Position numbers and translations under genes: made by a program
Shown: piece by piece, positions 1 to 13,381 of the stretch
Numbering within the stretch: the first letter of the stretch is position 1
How the letters are laid out: each line of letters begins with the position of its first letter
The notes under the pieces: generated by a model
What the model saw: the letters and a program-made list of their open reading frames with translations, nothing else
The model's database searches: none
What the model was told of the DNA's origin: nothing
NCBI RefSeq assembly: GCF_006345805.1
Contig: NC_043011.1
Span: 33,678,464 to 33,742,463 of the forward strand
From: Octopus sinensis
Lineage: Eukaryota
Length of the DNA stretch: 64,000 nt
Direction of reading: 5' to 3'

Positions 1-189
1 CCAACCGTAGTTCATGACTGGTATTTTAATTTATCGATCCCCGATCCGGAGGGACGAAAAGTAAAGTTGACCTCGGCAAAAATAATAAAATGAGTTTTGG
101 GTGCTCCATTGGTAAATTGTTGTTGTTCTTGTTGTTGTTGTTGTTGTTGTTCTTCTTCTTCTTCTTCTTCTTCTTCTTTTTCTTCCAAT

Positions 190-664
190 CAGGACTCACT
201 CCATTAGCCACAAAGAATAATCTCTAATTCGAGCCTACTCTAAGCTACAAAGAATGCGTGTGGCAACTTGAAGATCCACCCACCACACGCGATAGACTGG
301 CGGTTGCACGGGCGCGAAAGCTACGTTGTTATCCTCATTCCGTAAACGGTGGCTTTTTTAACGGGTGGAGAGCTGAACCATCCTGGGGTACAGAGGATTC
401 GCAATCCAGACTAGGGTCTGAACGTTTACCACACCCTAGTGGGTTACACCATGGTTCCTCTACTTTGTGGCAGAAGTAGAAAGAAAGAGTGAGAGAAAGT
501 TGTGGTGAAAGAGTACAGCGGGGTTCACCACCAACACCGCCGGAGCCTCGTGAAACTTAGGTGTTTTTGTTCAATAAATACTCACAATGCCCGGTCTGGG
601 AATCGAAACCGCGTTCTTACGACCGCGAGTCCGCTGCCCTAACCACTGGGCCATTGCGTCTCCA
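190..664 (-). mobile_element. SINE family A copy with a distinct long 3' tail
   Basis: 475-664 matches the family A head and body with CpGs retained; 190-475 is a different tail ending in (AAG)n(AAC)n. Confidence 0.75.
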
Positions 665-665
665 C

Positions 666-1015
666 TGTTGTTGTTCTTGTTGCTGTTATGATTGTTCATG
701 TTCTGCTTATTGTTGCTGTTGCTTTTATTCTTGTCCTTGTTACTGCTATCTTTGGTCTTGTTCTTGTTACTGCCGCTGATGTTGTTGTTGTTATTGTTGT
801 TGTTGGTATTATTGCAGCTGTTATTATTGTTGTGGTTGATATTGTGTTTGTTGCTGCTGCTTCGGTTATTATTTTTGTTGTTGCTGTTGTTGCTACTGCT
901 ATTGCTGTTGCTGTTTACGGCTGCTGTTATTCTCGTTTGTTTTTATTGTTGTTGTTGTTGCTGCTGCTGTTGATGTCGCTGCTCTTGTTGATGTCGCTGC
1001 TCTTGTTGATGTTGT
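666..1015. repeat. Degenerate (TTG/CTG)n low-complexity tract
   Basis: Seen directly; explains the poly-V/L/C ORFs. Confidence 0.9.
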
Positions 1016-1551
1016 AACTGAAGCTGTCTTTATTTCAGCCCCAGTCCTGCTATAGTCGACCTACACCTTCTAATAACTGTTCATTTAAAAGTCGACTCAT
1101 GGTTCAAAAATATAAGTCTGTCGAATAGAGATATTTCTTTGGTATGTCCGTTCCATCCCTGAAATCACTGACATTGTTGTCGCAGTCTGTGGCAATCTGA
1201 ATGTCTTTAGTAATGCCTATAGTAATGGTAGATATAATTCCTGAATTTCAAATCCAAAATTCAAATATTGCCAAATATTATAAAGAAATTCAGAAATTAT
1301 AAGGAAAAAGGATGCACAGTCTTTCCATATCCAATTATTTCTTCTTCTTTTTCTGTCATTTACTTATTACGAAGTTCTAAAAGTTTCTAGTCAGCTGTAT
1401 TCATGTTTAGGACTATTTCATTCTTTTTAGAAACCATCAGTATGATATTGCCTGAGATATATCAATTAAACATTTTACGAAGCGAGACATTTCTTAGGGA
1501 CAGAAAGTAACTACAATCTGGAAGAAATTCATAGAATGTGTTTTTTCTTTC

Positions 1552-1626
1552 TTTTTATCTTTCTACCAAGGGTCTATTTTTATCTTTCTACCAAGGGTCT
1601 ATTTTTATCTTTCTACAAAGGTCCTA
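1552..1626. repeat. 25-bp minisatellite x3
   Basis: tttttatctttctaccaagggtcta. Confidence 0.85.
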
Positions 1627-2084
1627 TTTCAAATTTCTACAGAGCCCTAAAAATGTGTGATTACGAAAAGCATTCAAGAAAAACTTTGACTTAGCTTTGT
1701 CATGATTCCTATAACTTCTAAGGCTAGAACTTTACCTGGTTTCCATGGCAGCTAAGTGGCTGGGATTACAACACTCTTCCCCTGCTTGGGATGCCAGTCC
1801 ATTGCAGCTTTAACTTCCAAATTATTGCTGGGATTCATTTTACAGTTGAATAGACTGGTGCAACATGAAATTAACTATTTTGTTCAAGAACCAACACACT
1901 GCCTGGTCCGGAAATCGAAACCACGAGCGTAAGATTCAGAGAATAACACCCTAACCACTAGGCCACGCGCCTTTAGGAAGAACGAATCGTAGAAGAGGGG
2001 GAGAAATGGTGAATTTTAACGATATATGGAAATGATAATATAATTGGCCTGAAGAGGGACAAATCTAATCAAGAGACACAGTAT

Positions 2085-2502
2085 TTACTTTACTCTTTTA
2101 CTCTCTTTTACTTGTTTCAGTCATTTGACTGCGGCCATGCTGGAGCACCGCCTTTAGTCGAGCAAATCGACCCCAGGACTTATTCTTTGTAAGCCCAGTA
2201 CTTATTCTATCGGTCTCTTTTGCCGAACCGCTAAGTTACGGGGACGTAAACATACCACCATCGGTTGTCAAGCAATGCTAGGAGGACAAACACAAACACA
2301 CAAACACACACACACACATATATATATATACATACATATATACGACGAGCTTCTTTCAGTTTCCGTCTACCAAATCCACTCACAAGGCTTTGGTTGGCCC
2401 GAGGCTATAGTAGAAGACACTTGCCCAAGGTGCCACGCAGTGGGACTGAACCCGGAACCATGTGGTTGGTAAGCAAGCTACTTACCACACAGCCACTCCT
2501 GC
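2085..2502 (-). mobile_element. tRNA-derived SINE family B with internal (TA)/(TG) microsatellite
   Basis: Head gcaggagtggctgtgtggtaag...gggttcagtccc, then ccttgggcaagtgtcttc, tail (aagagta)n. Copies at about 24625-25029 (+), 26062-26624 (-), 27254-27655 (-), 43905-44266 (-), 50405-50968 (+), with partials at 3610, 4282-4885, 20405, 28090, 28990, 41160, 56310, 58066. Confidence 0.85.
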
Positions 2503-3019
2503 AATAAACTTAACATTTTGTGTTACAGGTGGGGGCGAAAGCAGCACATAAAATCCAGTATTTATGTTTCCTGTATAAGAATAATGTCATTAACAATAAA
2601 AATTTCATTTTTTGTTGTTGTTGTTGTTGTTTGTTTGTTTGTTTGTTTGTTTTTTAATGAGAAAACTGCCAAAGATTAGGATTTAGTTATTGCAGCTACT
2701 GTACCGTATTGCGCTAACATCGCTGTTTATCAACCCAATGCAACGGCTCATTATTTTTGGATTTATTTCTAGAATCTAATACAAGTGCAGGTGAACTCAG
2801 GCGTTCTTTGGATTTAGGTACATTTATCTGCAAGACTAATGATGAGACCAAAATGACAAAAAAAAACAGGATATAAAAGTAAAAAAAAAGAAAAAAGACT
2901 GAAAGTAAACGAGCTGCAGACATTGTGACGTTCAACAAAAAGCAAATATTGAACTTGTTATAAATATTTATCTTTTACCTTTTATTTTACCTTTGGAAAG
3001 ATATATTTAGCTGCACTTT

Positions 3020-3560
3020 CTAACGTCGTCAGTCCCCGTGTTGCTCGCGGTGAAGTTGCTTTGTGTACGCTCTTTATTGTTTGATGTAAGTTGAGCTGCG
3101 TGTTATGCATACAGTTGAGCTGCGTGTTATGCATACAGGATGAACAGACGCGAATATAATTACATCATTCTATTGTATGGTTTATTGAACAGATAAACTC
3201 CTAATGGCTGTCGGTAGAGCTTGTAGGAGATTAGAATTGAGAATAATAGTGATTAATAAGACTCGCGAAGACGGGAAGAGTTGGTTTGCAATTATGAAGA
3301 AGAATTGCTTTCATTTCGAGCTGGATTCAGCAAAGAAAAAACTTGGTGTTGCTTGGCAAGAAGTGAGGATGTGTTTCCCTGATGGCTCGCAAACTTCTGC
3401 AGTTACTCTGGGCGCAAAATTGCTTTTATACTTAGAAAGGTGCGCGAAAAGGTCGCAAAACATTCGATGTATATTAGATAAGGCACGATATCACTGCAAG
3501 CTGATTGGCTGACAATCAGAACAGACCGTGTATGACTTGGGCGTGATGTACACTTGTCTT
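3020..3560. promoter_or_regulatory. CpG-retaining, promoter-like unique sequence
   Basis: Many CpGs relative to the rest of the window, an inverted CCAAT box (ctgattggct, about 3501), an E2F-like GCGCGAAAA (about 3442) and several SCGCAAA words. No transcript evidence. Confidence 0.35.
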
Positions 3561-3871
3561 TGACCTGTCAACCAAGAATTTTAGGTTCAATTCCAGATCT
3601 CACTACACCAGTACTTTGTTTTTTAAAGTCTGGTACTTATTCTATCTAATATTTTTTGCCGAACCGCTAAACTACGCGGAGATAAACAAACCAACACCGA
3701 TTGTCAAGCGGTGGTGGGGGACAAACACAAAGATGCACACAAATACATTTATATATCGTTTATATATCGTTTCTATATATATATATATATATATATAGAT
3801 ATATAGATATATATATGTATATATATATATATGGTAACGAACCAGTCACCTTTTAAACTACTCAGGCCATA

Positions 3872-4243
3872 TCTATTATATAAAATCCGTTCTGTCTGCC
3901 TGTGTGTATGTCTTCTAGGTTCCCGGGCATCCTCCATCCGATTGCGCTCAGATTTGATATGTAGATACCGACGGTATCAGGGCGTGTATAAGTCTTGAAA
4001 AAATTACAAATATTGATTCCAGGTGAGAATGCAATCGACAAAGTGAATAAAATCGTTTTTCTTTGGAAGAGAAAAAATCTATCTTTATTTCTTCTTTTGC
4101 TGGTGTCTCAAATTTAAGTTAAATCAGTGTTTCTCAAAGGGGAGGTATATGGGACGGCCGGACAAGTTGTTTTGAGAAAATTTGGTTTAAACGGTTGACC
4201 ACTCAGCACCGTCCATTGGACGGGGGGGGGGGGCGTTTTGCTC

Positions 4244-4244
<1 letters not shown>
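3872..4244 (+). mobile_element. Non-autonomous Helitron-like element
   Basis: A|TCtattatataaaa start, (GTCY)-like tract, subterminal hairpin CCGTCC-att-GGACGG, CTCG|T end, no TSD. Confidence 0.7.
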
Positions 4245-4283
<39 letters not shown>

Positions 4284-4321
4284 ATTTTTTACTTGTTTCA
4301 GTCATTGAACTGCGGCCTTTC

Positions 4322-4530
4322 ACATACATACATACATAATACATACATACATACATACATACATACATACATACATGCATAATACATACATACATACATA
4401 CATACATACATACATACATACATACATACATGCATAATACATACATACATACATACATACATACATACATACATACATACATACATACATACATACATAC
4501 ATACATACATGCATACATGCATGCATGCAT
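4322..4530. repeat. (TACA)n microsatellite
   Basis: Seen directly; similar tracts at 6475, 9107, 18310, 20040-20403, 22975. Confidence 0.95.
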
Positions 4531-5901
4531 GCCGCTTGTTACTTCTTCTCTGAACAGTCCCACCTCTCCATTGAATATAGTACTATCATGTGCGAGCGGG
4601 TGGCTCTTCAGCTCAGCTTTTCATTTCTCAGCTTTCGTTCAGACGTGACTCTTGTTGCCCTTTTCGGTACGAATGTGCCGCGGTGCATATGGCCTCGGAG
4701 CCATCTCACAAACAGCTTGACTTCTCCTTGGCTCCTAGTGACTTTATGCGGCTGACAAACGCAGCTCTTGAGGGAAGAAATCGACCACACACATTGCACC
4801 TCAATTCCTGTCGAGGACACTTGCCCAAGGTGACGCACAGTGGGACTGAACCCGGAGTGATTGGGAAGCAAGCTTCTTACCACGCATCCACAGAATATTC
4901 ATTTCATCAACGAAGAGTGTTTTAGGATGAACGGAAATAAAATAGTGTGAAATGCTATTTTATGTGATATTTCTTTGGCTCCGTCTTTAACCAGCAATTG
5001 AACGACTTATTAAACATTTGGAATCAGTTAAATTCTATTTTCACTTAGAATATTTCTTCCACAATTCGGTTATTTTATTGAAGATGGAATATCTGTATCT
5101 TATTTGAGATTTTTCTTTTTCATAAATGTCTGTCCAATTTTTTTTTTTCAGCCAGTAAACAGCGAAACTGCAAGGAAATCATATTTTTATAACTGAGTTA
5201 TATATAATTATGAATGATGCAAGACAGTCTTTAATAAATAGAAAACATTAATTTTTTTATAGTATAGCAGAACAGAGAACTAAAGAAAGGCAGCAATCGA
5301 TTTAAAGTCGATGTAAACGAATTTTTTTTCTACAGATTTGACCATCATAAAAAAATTGGTTTAACTTCAAAGAATTTTGAATGCCTAACAGTTTCGCAAT
5401 TAACCAGAAACACGACTAGATTTGTCTCAGATTATATTTTTAAAAATTGCTGAGTTCTTTAATATCCTGTTGTTGTTGTTGTAAAGACTTTCGTTGTGAG
5501 GAAATCTGCAAGCTAAATAAGTTATTGACAGATACGTCTCATGAGTAATCAGACAAGAATTGGGAATTGATATAAAACGGAATGCTTTACAGGAAAAAAA
5601 AATCATTTATTTATTTATTTGGGGTTATTTTGTTGTTGTTTTTTATCTTGTTGTTTTTTTGTGATGCTATATTCCAATGCAACTTCAGATAGAATATTTA
5701 GTTATTCAGTTTAATACAGTTCAGCGTAAAAGACGAAACAATTTTGAGCGAAAAAAAAAAAATTGGAACGTGAGCTAATGGTCGAAGAAAATAATTAAAA
5801 TGACGTGAAAGATTCGCCAAAACTTTTTGAAAACTAAACCAGAAGATGAATTTTTTCTGTAGTTTATTTGGTTTATGTATTAGCATATATACATATATAC
5901 A

Positions 5902-6480
5902 TACGATGAGGCATGATATTGTCGCCAGGACACTCTGTAATGTAATCCGTCGGCAGGATAATCCCAAGGACAAAGAAATAAGAACCCACAATATGGTAGA
6001 AGCCATAGCCACTCATAATAAAAATGAATACTGGTGAAATGTCCCAGTGAAGACCTCAATAAAATATAAGCACAAACAGACCTGATATAATGATTTGGGA
6101 TAGAGAAGAGAAACTGTGCATAGTTTTGGAAATTAACTGCCCAGCGGATGTTAACATAAATGAAAAAGAGAACACCTATGCTGAACTATTGAGAAATCTG
6201 TCGTTACTCTATCCAGATTACAAGTTTACGTTTATACCTGTAATTACTGGGGCCCTGGGATATGTAACACACTGCCTAAAAACCAATCTTGAGAAATTAA
6301 GCTTCTCGAAAACAGAAAGGTGAAAACTAATTCCATGACTACAGATCCAATTCATCACTGGAACTGTAAAAATCTGTAAAACTTGCCAGAAGTTTATCAT
6401 CTAAATATATATGAGCATGTCTAGATATGCAACTATATGCATGAGAATATATACATAAAACATACAAATCTGCACATACA

Positions 6481-6514
<34 letters not shown>

Positions 6515-6660
6515 CATACATACATACATACATACATACATACATACATACATACCCTGTTGTTGATGATGAAATTCCAATGAAGGACCTTTGGGTCTGG
6601 GTTAAAAATCGGCTCTTTCTCTATTGGCATGAAATCTTGAAATAAACTGAATAACGACAT
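5902..6660 (+). mobile_element. R4/Dong-like non-LTR retrotransposon, 5'-truncated (RLE endonuclease and 3' UTR)
   Basis: RHDIVARTL..., frameshifted PD.MIWDREEKLCIVLEINCP, and FIPVITGALG; flanked by TACA repeats. Confidence 0.8.
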
Positions 6661-7454
6661 ACATACATACTCACATGTGTGTATGTATTTGGCATTCTAA
6701 TAATGGTTTCAATCTTTTGGCACAAGGCCAACAAATTTAAGGGAAGAGGTAAGTCGATATCATCGATCTCCAGTGCTCAACTGGTACTTTTCCTGTTGAA
6801 CACGGTGGAATTTGAACCCATGAAATAAACGTTTTGTCCGGCGTACTGATGATTCTGCCAACTTGCTGCCAATTCGGCATTCAAAAAAATTATACTTGCC
6901 ACATTTAGTCAGATATAAAAATTGCCATTTAGTATTAAGATTGCTTTCATCGCTAATATGTATTTTCTTAATAAACCAGCTGGCTATCTGTGACATCAAT
7001 GACTGGAGAATCACTGTTAATCTATATATCATTGGCAGTAATATTTCGTTGGTACGCAGCAACCGAACTCCATAGGCTGAAATCATGTGATCTGGCAGTT
7101 CCGGTACCCATACCAGACGCTTCTCGTCTGCTATGTGCTCTTTGCACCCTACCTCTATATGAGAGGACCTCTCGAAGTGAATACTGCATTATTCGGCATT
7201 CTAATAATCTTTCTTTTATAGGCACAAATTTTGTGGGATTACATCAGCCCAAGTACTCAACTGATACTTGTTTTATCGATCCCCAAAGAATTAAAGGCAA
7301 GTTGATCTTGGCGAGATTTGAACTCAGAGCGTAAAGACGGACGAAATGCTGCTAAGCATTTTTCTGGCTTGCTAACAATTCTGCCAGCTTGCCACCTCAT
7401 TCGGCATTCTAAGTATACATTCATGTTAAGTTGGATATAAAGATATGTAAGGCT

Positions 7455-8915
7455 CTTCTATTTTTTTTTATTGTTATAAATTTTCCACTGAGGAGGATGC
7501 TGGTTTCCAACAAAGATACAAAGCTCCATCTTTGAGATGTAGTTAACACAGGCGAATTCACATTTGGAACTTGAGAAAAGTCTTACGTATTTTTACTGTT
7601 CCACTCACAGATTGGACTTGTAATGTACAAATCAGCCAGTCAATTTCTCTTTCTGAAAATCCCCGTTTATCTAGAATCTCCTTTAAGAATTTGCTAACAA
7701 AACCTAGTGCTCTAATTACTATTGGTATGAATATGAATTCATAGTCTGGATATAGAAGCTGGAGGTTTCGAAGCAGTTGTCCATAGATGTCCTCTTTTTC
7801 TTTGATTTTCAAAGAGATATTTATATCTGCAGGGTAGCTAACCTCTATGATGGTACATACCTTTGCCCCTCTGTCCCAAGCATCAATATCCAGTCTGTTA
7901 TGCCTACAGTATTCCTTGAGTTGGTGTTTATGAATGTATTCCATAACAAAGGGATTTTCTAAGTTTATTTCAGGACAGTTTTTTTTTTATGGAAGGCATT
8001 GTAAATTGTTTTAGCAACAACACCATGTCACACAGGGAGGTAGTACAGTGACAACATTTTAGGACAGCTGCTAATCACATGCATAATGTCTTCCACAGAA
8101 ACATGACAACCTACATATGCAGTTGCACCTTGGGTTTACAAGAGCATCACTGTCTCTCTTGTTCACCAAGTACTTTGTGGAAATCTCCTTTCCTGGATTG
8201 CAAATACATAGCCTTCAAAGTGTGATGTGATGTAGTGATCTTGTGTCCAAGAGGGGCTGTACTTTATGTCAATTCTACTATCTTTTTCAAGCTTTTGGCC
8301 AATATACCTATGCATGTTCTTTTTTTTTTCTGTATGCTGAATGCTTTCCATCCAGGTTTTCTCTGAGGTAAGAGAGCCCAGCTATTTTGGGGCTGTATAG
8401 AAGATCATCAGGAAGAGAGTGCTTCTTGAGGAGCTCACTGCCAACTCGTACAATGTTGCTCACTTCACTTTTCACGACTGCATTAATATATTTATTTTTG
8501 CTGCTGTGTTTTAGCAGGTGCTGCCTAATTGATACCATACGACATTCAAAGGCCATCTGCACTGATTTCAGGCCTCTACCACCTTCATTTCTTCTTAGGT
8601 AGAGCCTATCAACAGCACTGTTTCTGTGGAAGTTCCCAGTTGTCAGGATTTTGCGGGTTTTGATATCTAAGGAGTGGATTTCTTCTACAGACCAATCAAG
8701 TATCCCAAATGCTGGGATCAGTGTTGGTGCCGCAAATGCATTGTGGGATATTGTTTTGTTGTAAGAGGAGAGTTCCGACTCCATATTTTCCTAAGTCTGG
8801 TATAACATTCTCAGGTCACTCTATCTTTATTCACAGTGCCTTCACATGATACATTTTCATCTATGCCTAGGTACTTGTAACATTCTTTGTGTGGAATGGG
8901 GGAGATAGAGAGACC
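7455..8915 (-). mobile_element. R4/Dong-like non-LTR retrotransposon fragment
   Basis: YKYLG, SELSSYNK...DRLYLRRNEGGRGL, a decayed zinc knuckle and the RLE region HNRLDI..IEVSYP..FIPIVI; frameshifted. Confidence 0.82.
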
Positions 8916-9116
8916 TATTTCTTTATTACCCACAAGGGGCTAAACACAGAGGGGACAAACAAGGACAGACATAGGTATTAAGTCGATTACATTGACCCCA
9001 GTGCATAACTGGTACTTAATTTATCAACCCCGAAAGGATGAAAGGCAAAGTCGACCTCGGCGGAATTTGAACTCACAACGTAAAGCAGACAAAATACCGC
9101 TAAGCATGTATGTATG

Positions 9117-9147
<31 letters not shown>

Positions 9148-10662
9148 GTATGTATGTATGCCCTAATTTCCTCCAAGTTATAGCTAAACAGCAAAAAAAG
9201 GTTATTTATATGGATGAGTGTATATAATTATGAATAATACAATACAATCTTTAAAATTTAATGAGTTGGACAAAATGCTTAGCAGTATTCCTTCCAGTGC
9301 TTTAAGTTTTGAATCCAAATTCTGCTAAGATTGATTTTGCTGCTCATCCTTTCGGGGTCGATAAAATAAGTATCAACTGAGCACTGGGATCGATGAAGTC
9401 AACTTACTCCCTCCTGCTAAAACTGTTGGCCTTGTGCCAAAATTAATTGTAGAAGAATTAATTATACTGCATGCAATCTTGTGGGTGTATATGTATTAAA
9501 GCAGTTGAGTAATTAAAGTAAAATCATCCAAGTTACTTTGTAAATGTGTATTTTCATATGTCCTCTGTGAAGAAGAATTGGACACACATGAGGATATATA
9601 TATTTAATCTCTCCAAACAGTACAGGGAGATAAACCCACACATCTCACTCCTAATTTAAGAACACATATTAGATGTTCTGATTAAAAGTTATGTATTCAA
9701 AAGCTTACAGAATAAGCATTAAAATATATATAAACAACAAGGTTATAAGTTGACATTTTTTTATGTTATTTTAATATTTTGTTATGTTAATGTGTCTAGC
9801 TGGCAGAATCGTTAGCACGCTGGGCAAAATACTAATAGTCACTTTGTCTATCTTTAGATTCTGAGTTCAAATTCCACCGAGGTAGACTTTGCAGCTCATC
9901 CTTTTGGGGTCAATAAAATAAGTATCCATTGAGCACTGGGGTTGATGTAATCAACTTACCCCTTATCCCGGACTTGATGGCCTTGTGTCAAAAATTTGAA
10001 ATCAATATTTTGTTATTTTGAAACTTTATTACAGTATTTTATCATTTGTTCATTCACTCTTCTGTGCACATTACCATCTGTGTGCCTGTTATTGTCATTA
10101 CTCCATCTGTAAACTCATTGCTTACATCACACATAACTGTACCAGTCTGCGACATACAATGCGTTTGGGTGTATGTGTTCGTATGTGTAGAGAGAAAGAA
10201 AAAGAGAGAGGGCAGCTGCATTAATAATTTCACAATCACACTAATAATTTCACAATCACAAGATTCAGTGTTCAATCCTATTGCATGATATTGGGCGGTG
10301 GGGGGGGGGAGCAAATGTTATTTACCTTAGAACCTGGTTAACCCAAACCTTATGAGTAACATTGGTTTGACAGAAACTGCATGGGAACCTGTTGGATGGA
10401 TTGTACATATAATGCAAAAGTCAGTCCTTGACAAACTGGGTCATGCTGAGTCAGCCTGAGAATTGTGCTAAATGTACAAATCTCTGCAAAGTACTCAGCC
10501 ATTTACAGACTAATTCAATAAGAAGTAGCTCAGTTACTCAAACAACTGAATATTCATCACCAAAACACATGGAGATCATATATACACACGCACACACACA
10601 CATATATATATATCTACATATTTATTATATATATATATATAATATATATATATAATATATAA

Positions 10663-10693
<31 letters not shown>

Positions 10694-10843
10694 CATATAT
10701 GTGTATATATATATATATAATATATAATGACCACAGACCAGTGACCGAGACCTATGGAAGTATGCTGTGCGTGAGAAGACCCGGCAAGACCAGTGAGAAC
10801 AATCAAAATCAAATCATATATCAGAAAGCAGGGGTTAAGTGAC

Positions 10844-11115
10844 CCATCCGTTCGTGTCCGCTGTCAGCCTCGTCTGGCACCCGTGCCGGTGATACGTAAA
10901 AGCACCATTCGCTCATGGCCGTTTGCCAGCTCTGCCTGGCCCCCGTGTCGGTGGCACGTAAAAGCACCATCCGTTTGTGTTCGTTGCCAGCCTCGCCTGG
11001 CCCCGTGCCGGTGACACGTAAAAGCACCGTCCGTTCGTGGCCATTTGCCAGCTCTGTCTGGCTCCGTGTTGGTGGCACGTAAAAGCACCATCCGTTCGTG
11101 TCCGTTGCCAGCCTT
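10844..11115 (+). repeat. About 61-bp GC-rich tandem array following an RTE-like ORF end
   Basis: 4.4 units of ccatccgttcgtg(t/g)ccgttgccagcctcgtctggc.ccgtgccggtggcacgtaaaagca; preceded by DRDLWKYAVREKTRQDQ* at about 10744-10797. Confidence 0.85.
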
Positions 11116-11839
11116 AAGACCAAGAGAATATTACTGCATCTGCATTTATGGATAGAATTTCAGTTGTTGGTTCTGGCTATGACAGTAGTCAGCCTTTGGA
11201 TACAGCTGTAGCTAATTTTGATATTATTTTTACCGACGAGTTTCTAATAAGGATTATTGCATGGGAAGTGTTTGCAAATGTGATATAAGAAGATTGCAGC
11301 TATATTGAATGACACATTTAAACTGAAGAGGAGAGACTAAATATTTTTTTCTCTTACCGTCATTTAGTTTGTTTTTTTCTCCTTGCCATTATATTTTTTA
11401 AGATGCTCGATATGTGTTATTTTTACGTTAAATCAACTCTCCTTTAGCACATCATTCCAATGATTTGAAAAGCTATAAAAAGTTTATTCATCTGGAGATA
11501 TGTTTGATATTTGTCTGATAATGTTGATCATTTTTTTAAAAATAATTATTCATATTCCTAGAAAGAGTGTTTGTGTGTGTGTGTGTGTGTGTGTGCATGG
11601 GTGCATGTGTGTATACATATATACATACATACATATATATATACATACATATATACATAAATACATATATGCATATATATATATATATGTGTATATATAT
11701 ATATATATATATTATATATAATATGTATGCATATATTTATACTAAGAGAGACTGGGATAGAAAGATAGAATGACAGATGATGTACTCACATATGTATATA
11801 TATATATATATATTATATATATATATATATTATTTGTAG

Positions 11840-12350
11840 GTACCAGTGCCGGTGGCACGTGGCACATAAGAAAACCATCCGAACGTGGCCGTAGCCAGTA
11901 CCGCATCGACTGGCCTCCGTGAGTGGGCACGTAACAAGCACCATCGATCGTGGCCGTTGCCAGCCTCATCTGGCACCTGTGTCGGTGGCACATAAAAACA
12001 CCATCCGAGGCGTGGCCGTCTGCCAGCCTCGTCTGGCACCTGTGTCGGTGGCACATAAAAACACCATCCGAGCGTGGCCGTCTGCCAGCCGCCTCGTCTG
12101 GCACCTGTGTCGGTGGCACATAAAAAACACCATCGAGCGTGGCCGTTTGTCAGCCTCGTCTGCCCCTGTGTCGGTGGCACATAAAATCACACACTACACT
12201 CTCGGAGTATGGCGTTAGGAAGGGCATCCAGCTGTAGAAAACTGCCAGATCTGACTGGACGTGCAGCTTTCGGGCTACCCAGACCCCAGTTGAACCGTCC
12301 AACCCATGCTAGCAGGAAAGCGGACGTTAATGATGATGATTATGATGATG
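11840..12350 (+). mobile_element. About 60-bp tandem array plus retroposon tail ending (GAT)n
   Basis: About 5.5 units, then ggcgttaggaagggcatccagctgtagaaa...aacccatgctagc...cgttaatgatgatg. A single-unit copy lies at about 55596-55845 (-). Confidence 0.8.
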
Positions 12351-12760
12351 ATGTATATGTGTGTATATTATATATATAATATATATATATAGATGTGTGT
12401 CTGTATATATATATAATATATATGTATGCATATATTTATACTGAGAGAGACTGAGATAGAAAGGTAGAATATGTAATAATATAAATAATATATAAACATA
12501 TGCATATATACATACATATATGTACATACCTACATATATACGTATATATACATGCATATATGGATACAGGACATCAAAAAAAAGTTGAACACAGTGTATG
12601 TATATGCATATATGTTTATGCTTATATGTATTTATGTATGTAATATGTGAGGGTATACGTGTGTTGAATATATGTTTGCACATATATAAATATATCAATG
12701 TCTATTCAAACAAATGTGTACTTATATGTACATATATTCTGTACATATATACATATATAC

Positions 12761-12801
<41 letters not shown>

Positions 12802-12807
12802 ACATAC

Positions 12808-12851
<44 letters not shown>

Positions 12852-13349
12852 TATAAATGAATGTGTGTGTGTGTATGTGTGTGTGTAGAAAGAGAGAGAG
12901 AATGAGAGAGCAAAGGAGAGCTATATAGATATTGATTCATATATATATATGTATATGTATATGTATGTGTGTGTGTATACATATGTATGTGTGTGTGCAT
13001 GTGTGTTAGCATGTGTTATATGGATGAATCTGTATATGTGCACTTTTGTGCATGAGAGAGATATAGAAAAAAGGATTGATAGAGAGAAGCAGAACACAGA
13101 ATGAACAGAAAGATAGATATACACAAGAAAAGAGAAAGAGAGAGATAGAGAAAGAAAGAGCAAGAGAAAGAAAGAGCAAGAGAAAGAAAGAGCAAGAGAA
13201 AGAAAGAGCAAGAGAAAGAAAGGGAGAAAGACGAGATGAGGCTGGAGATAAAGAAAATTATTGAAAGAAAATGGACAAAGAAAGATAAAAAAATAAAGAT
13301 GGTTATTGAAAACAAGGAAACATAACTAAATAATAAATAAAACAAATCA

Positions 13350-13381
<32 letters not shown>

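Noticed and set aside
2714-2938. 74-aa ORF with a hydrophobic N-terminus
   Set aside because: The hydrophobicity comes from a poly-T tract; no recognisable homology.
11148-11287. Short open frame MDRISVVGSG...FDIIFTDEFLIRII
   Set aside because: Faint resemblance to a piggyBac N-terminal segment, but too short, with no supporting motifs.
10844-12190. CRISPR-like appearance of the 60-bp arrays
   Set aside because: Whole units repeat with no unique spacers, there are no cas genes, and the context is eukaryotic.
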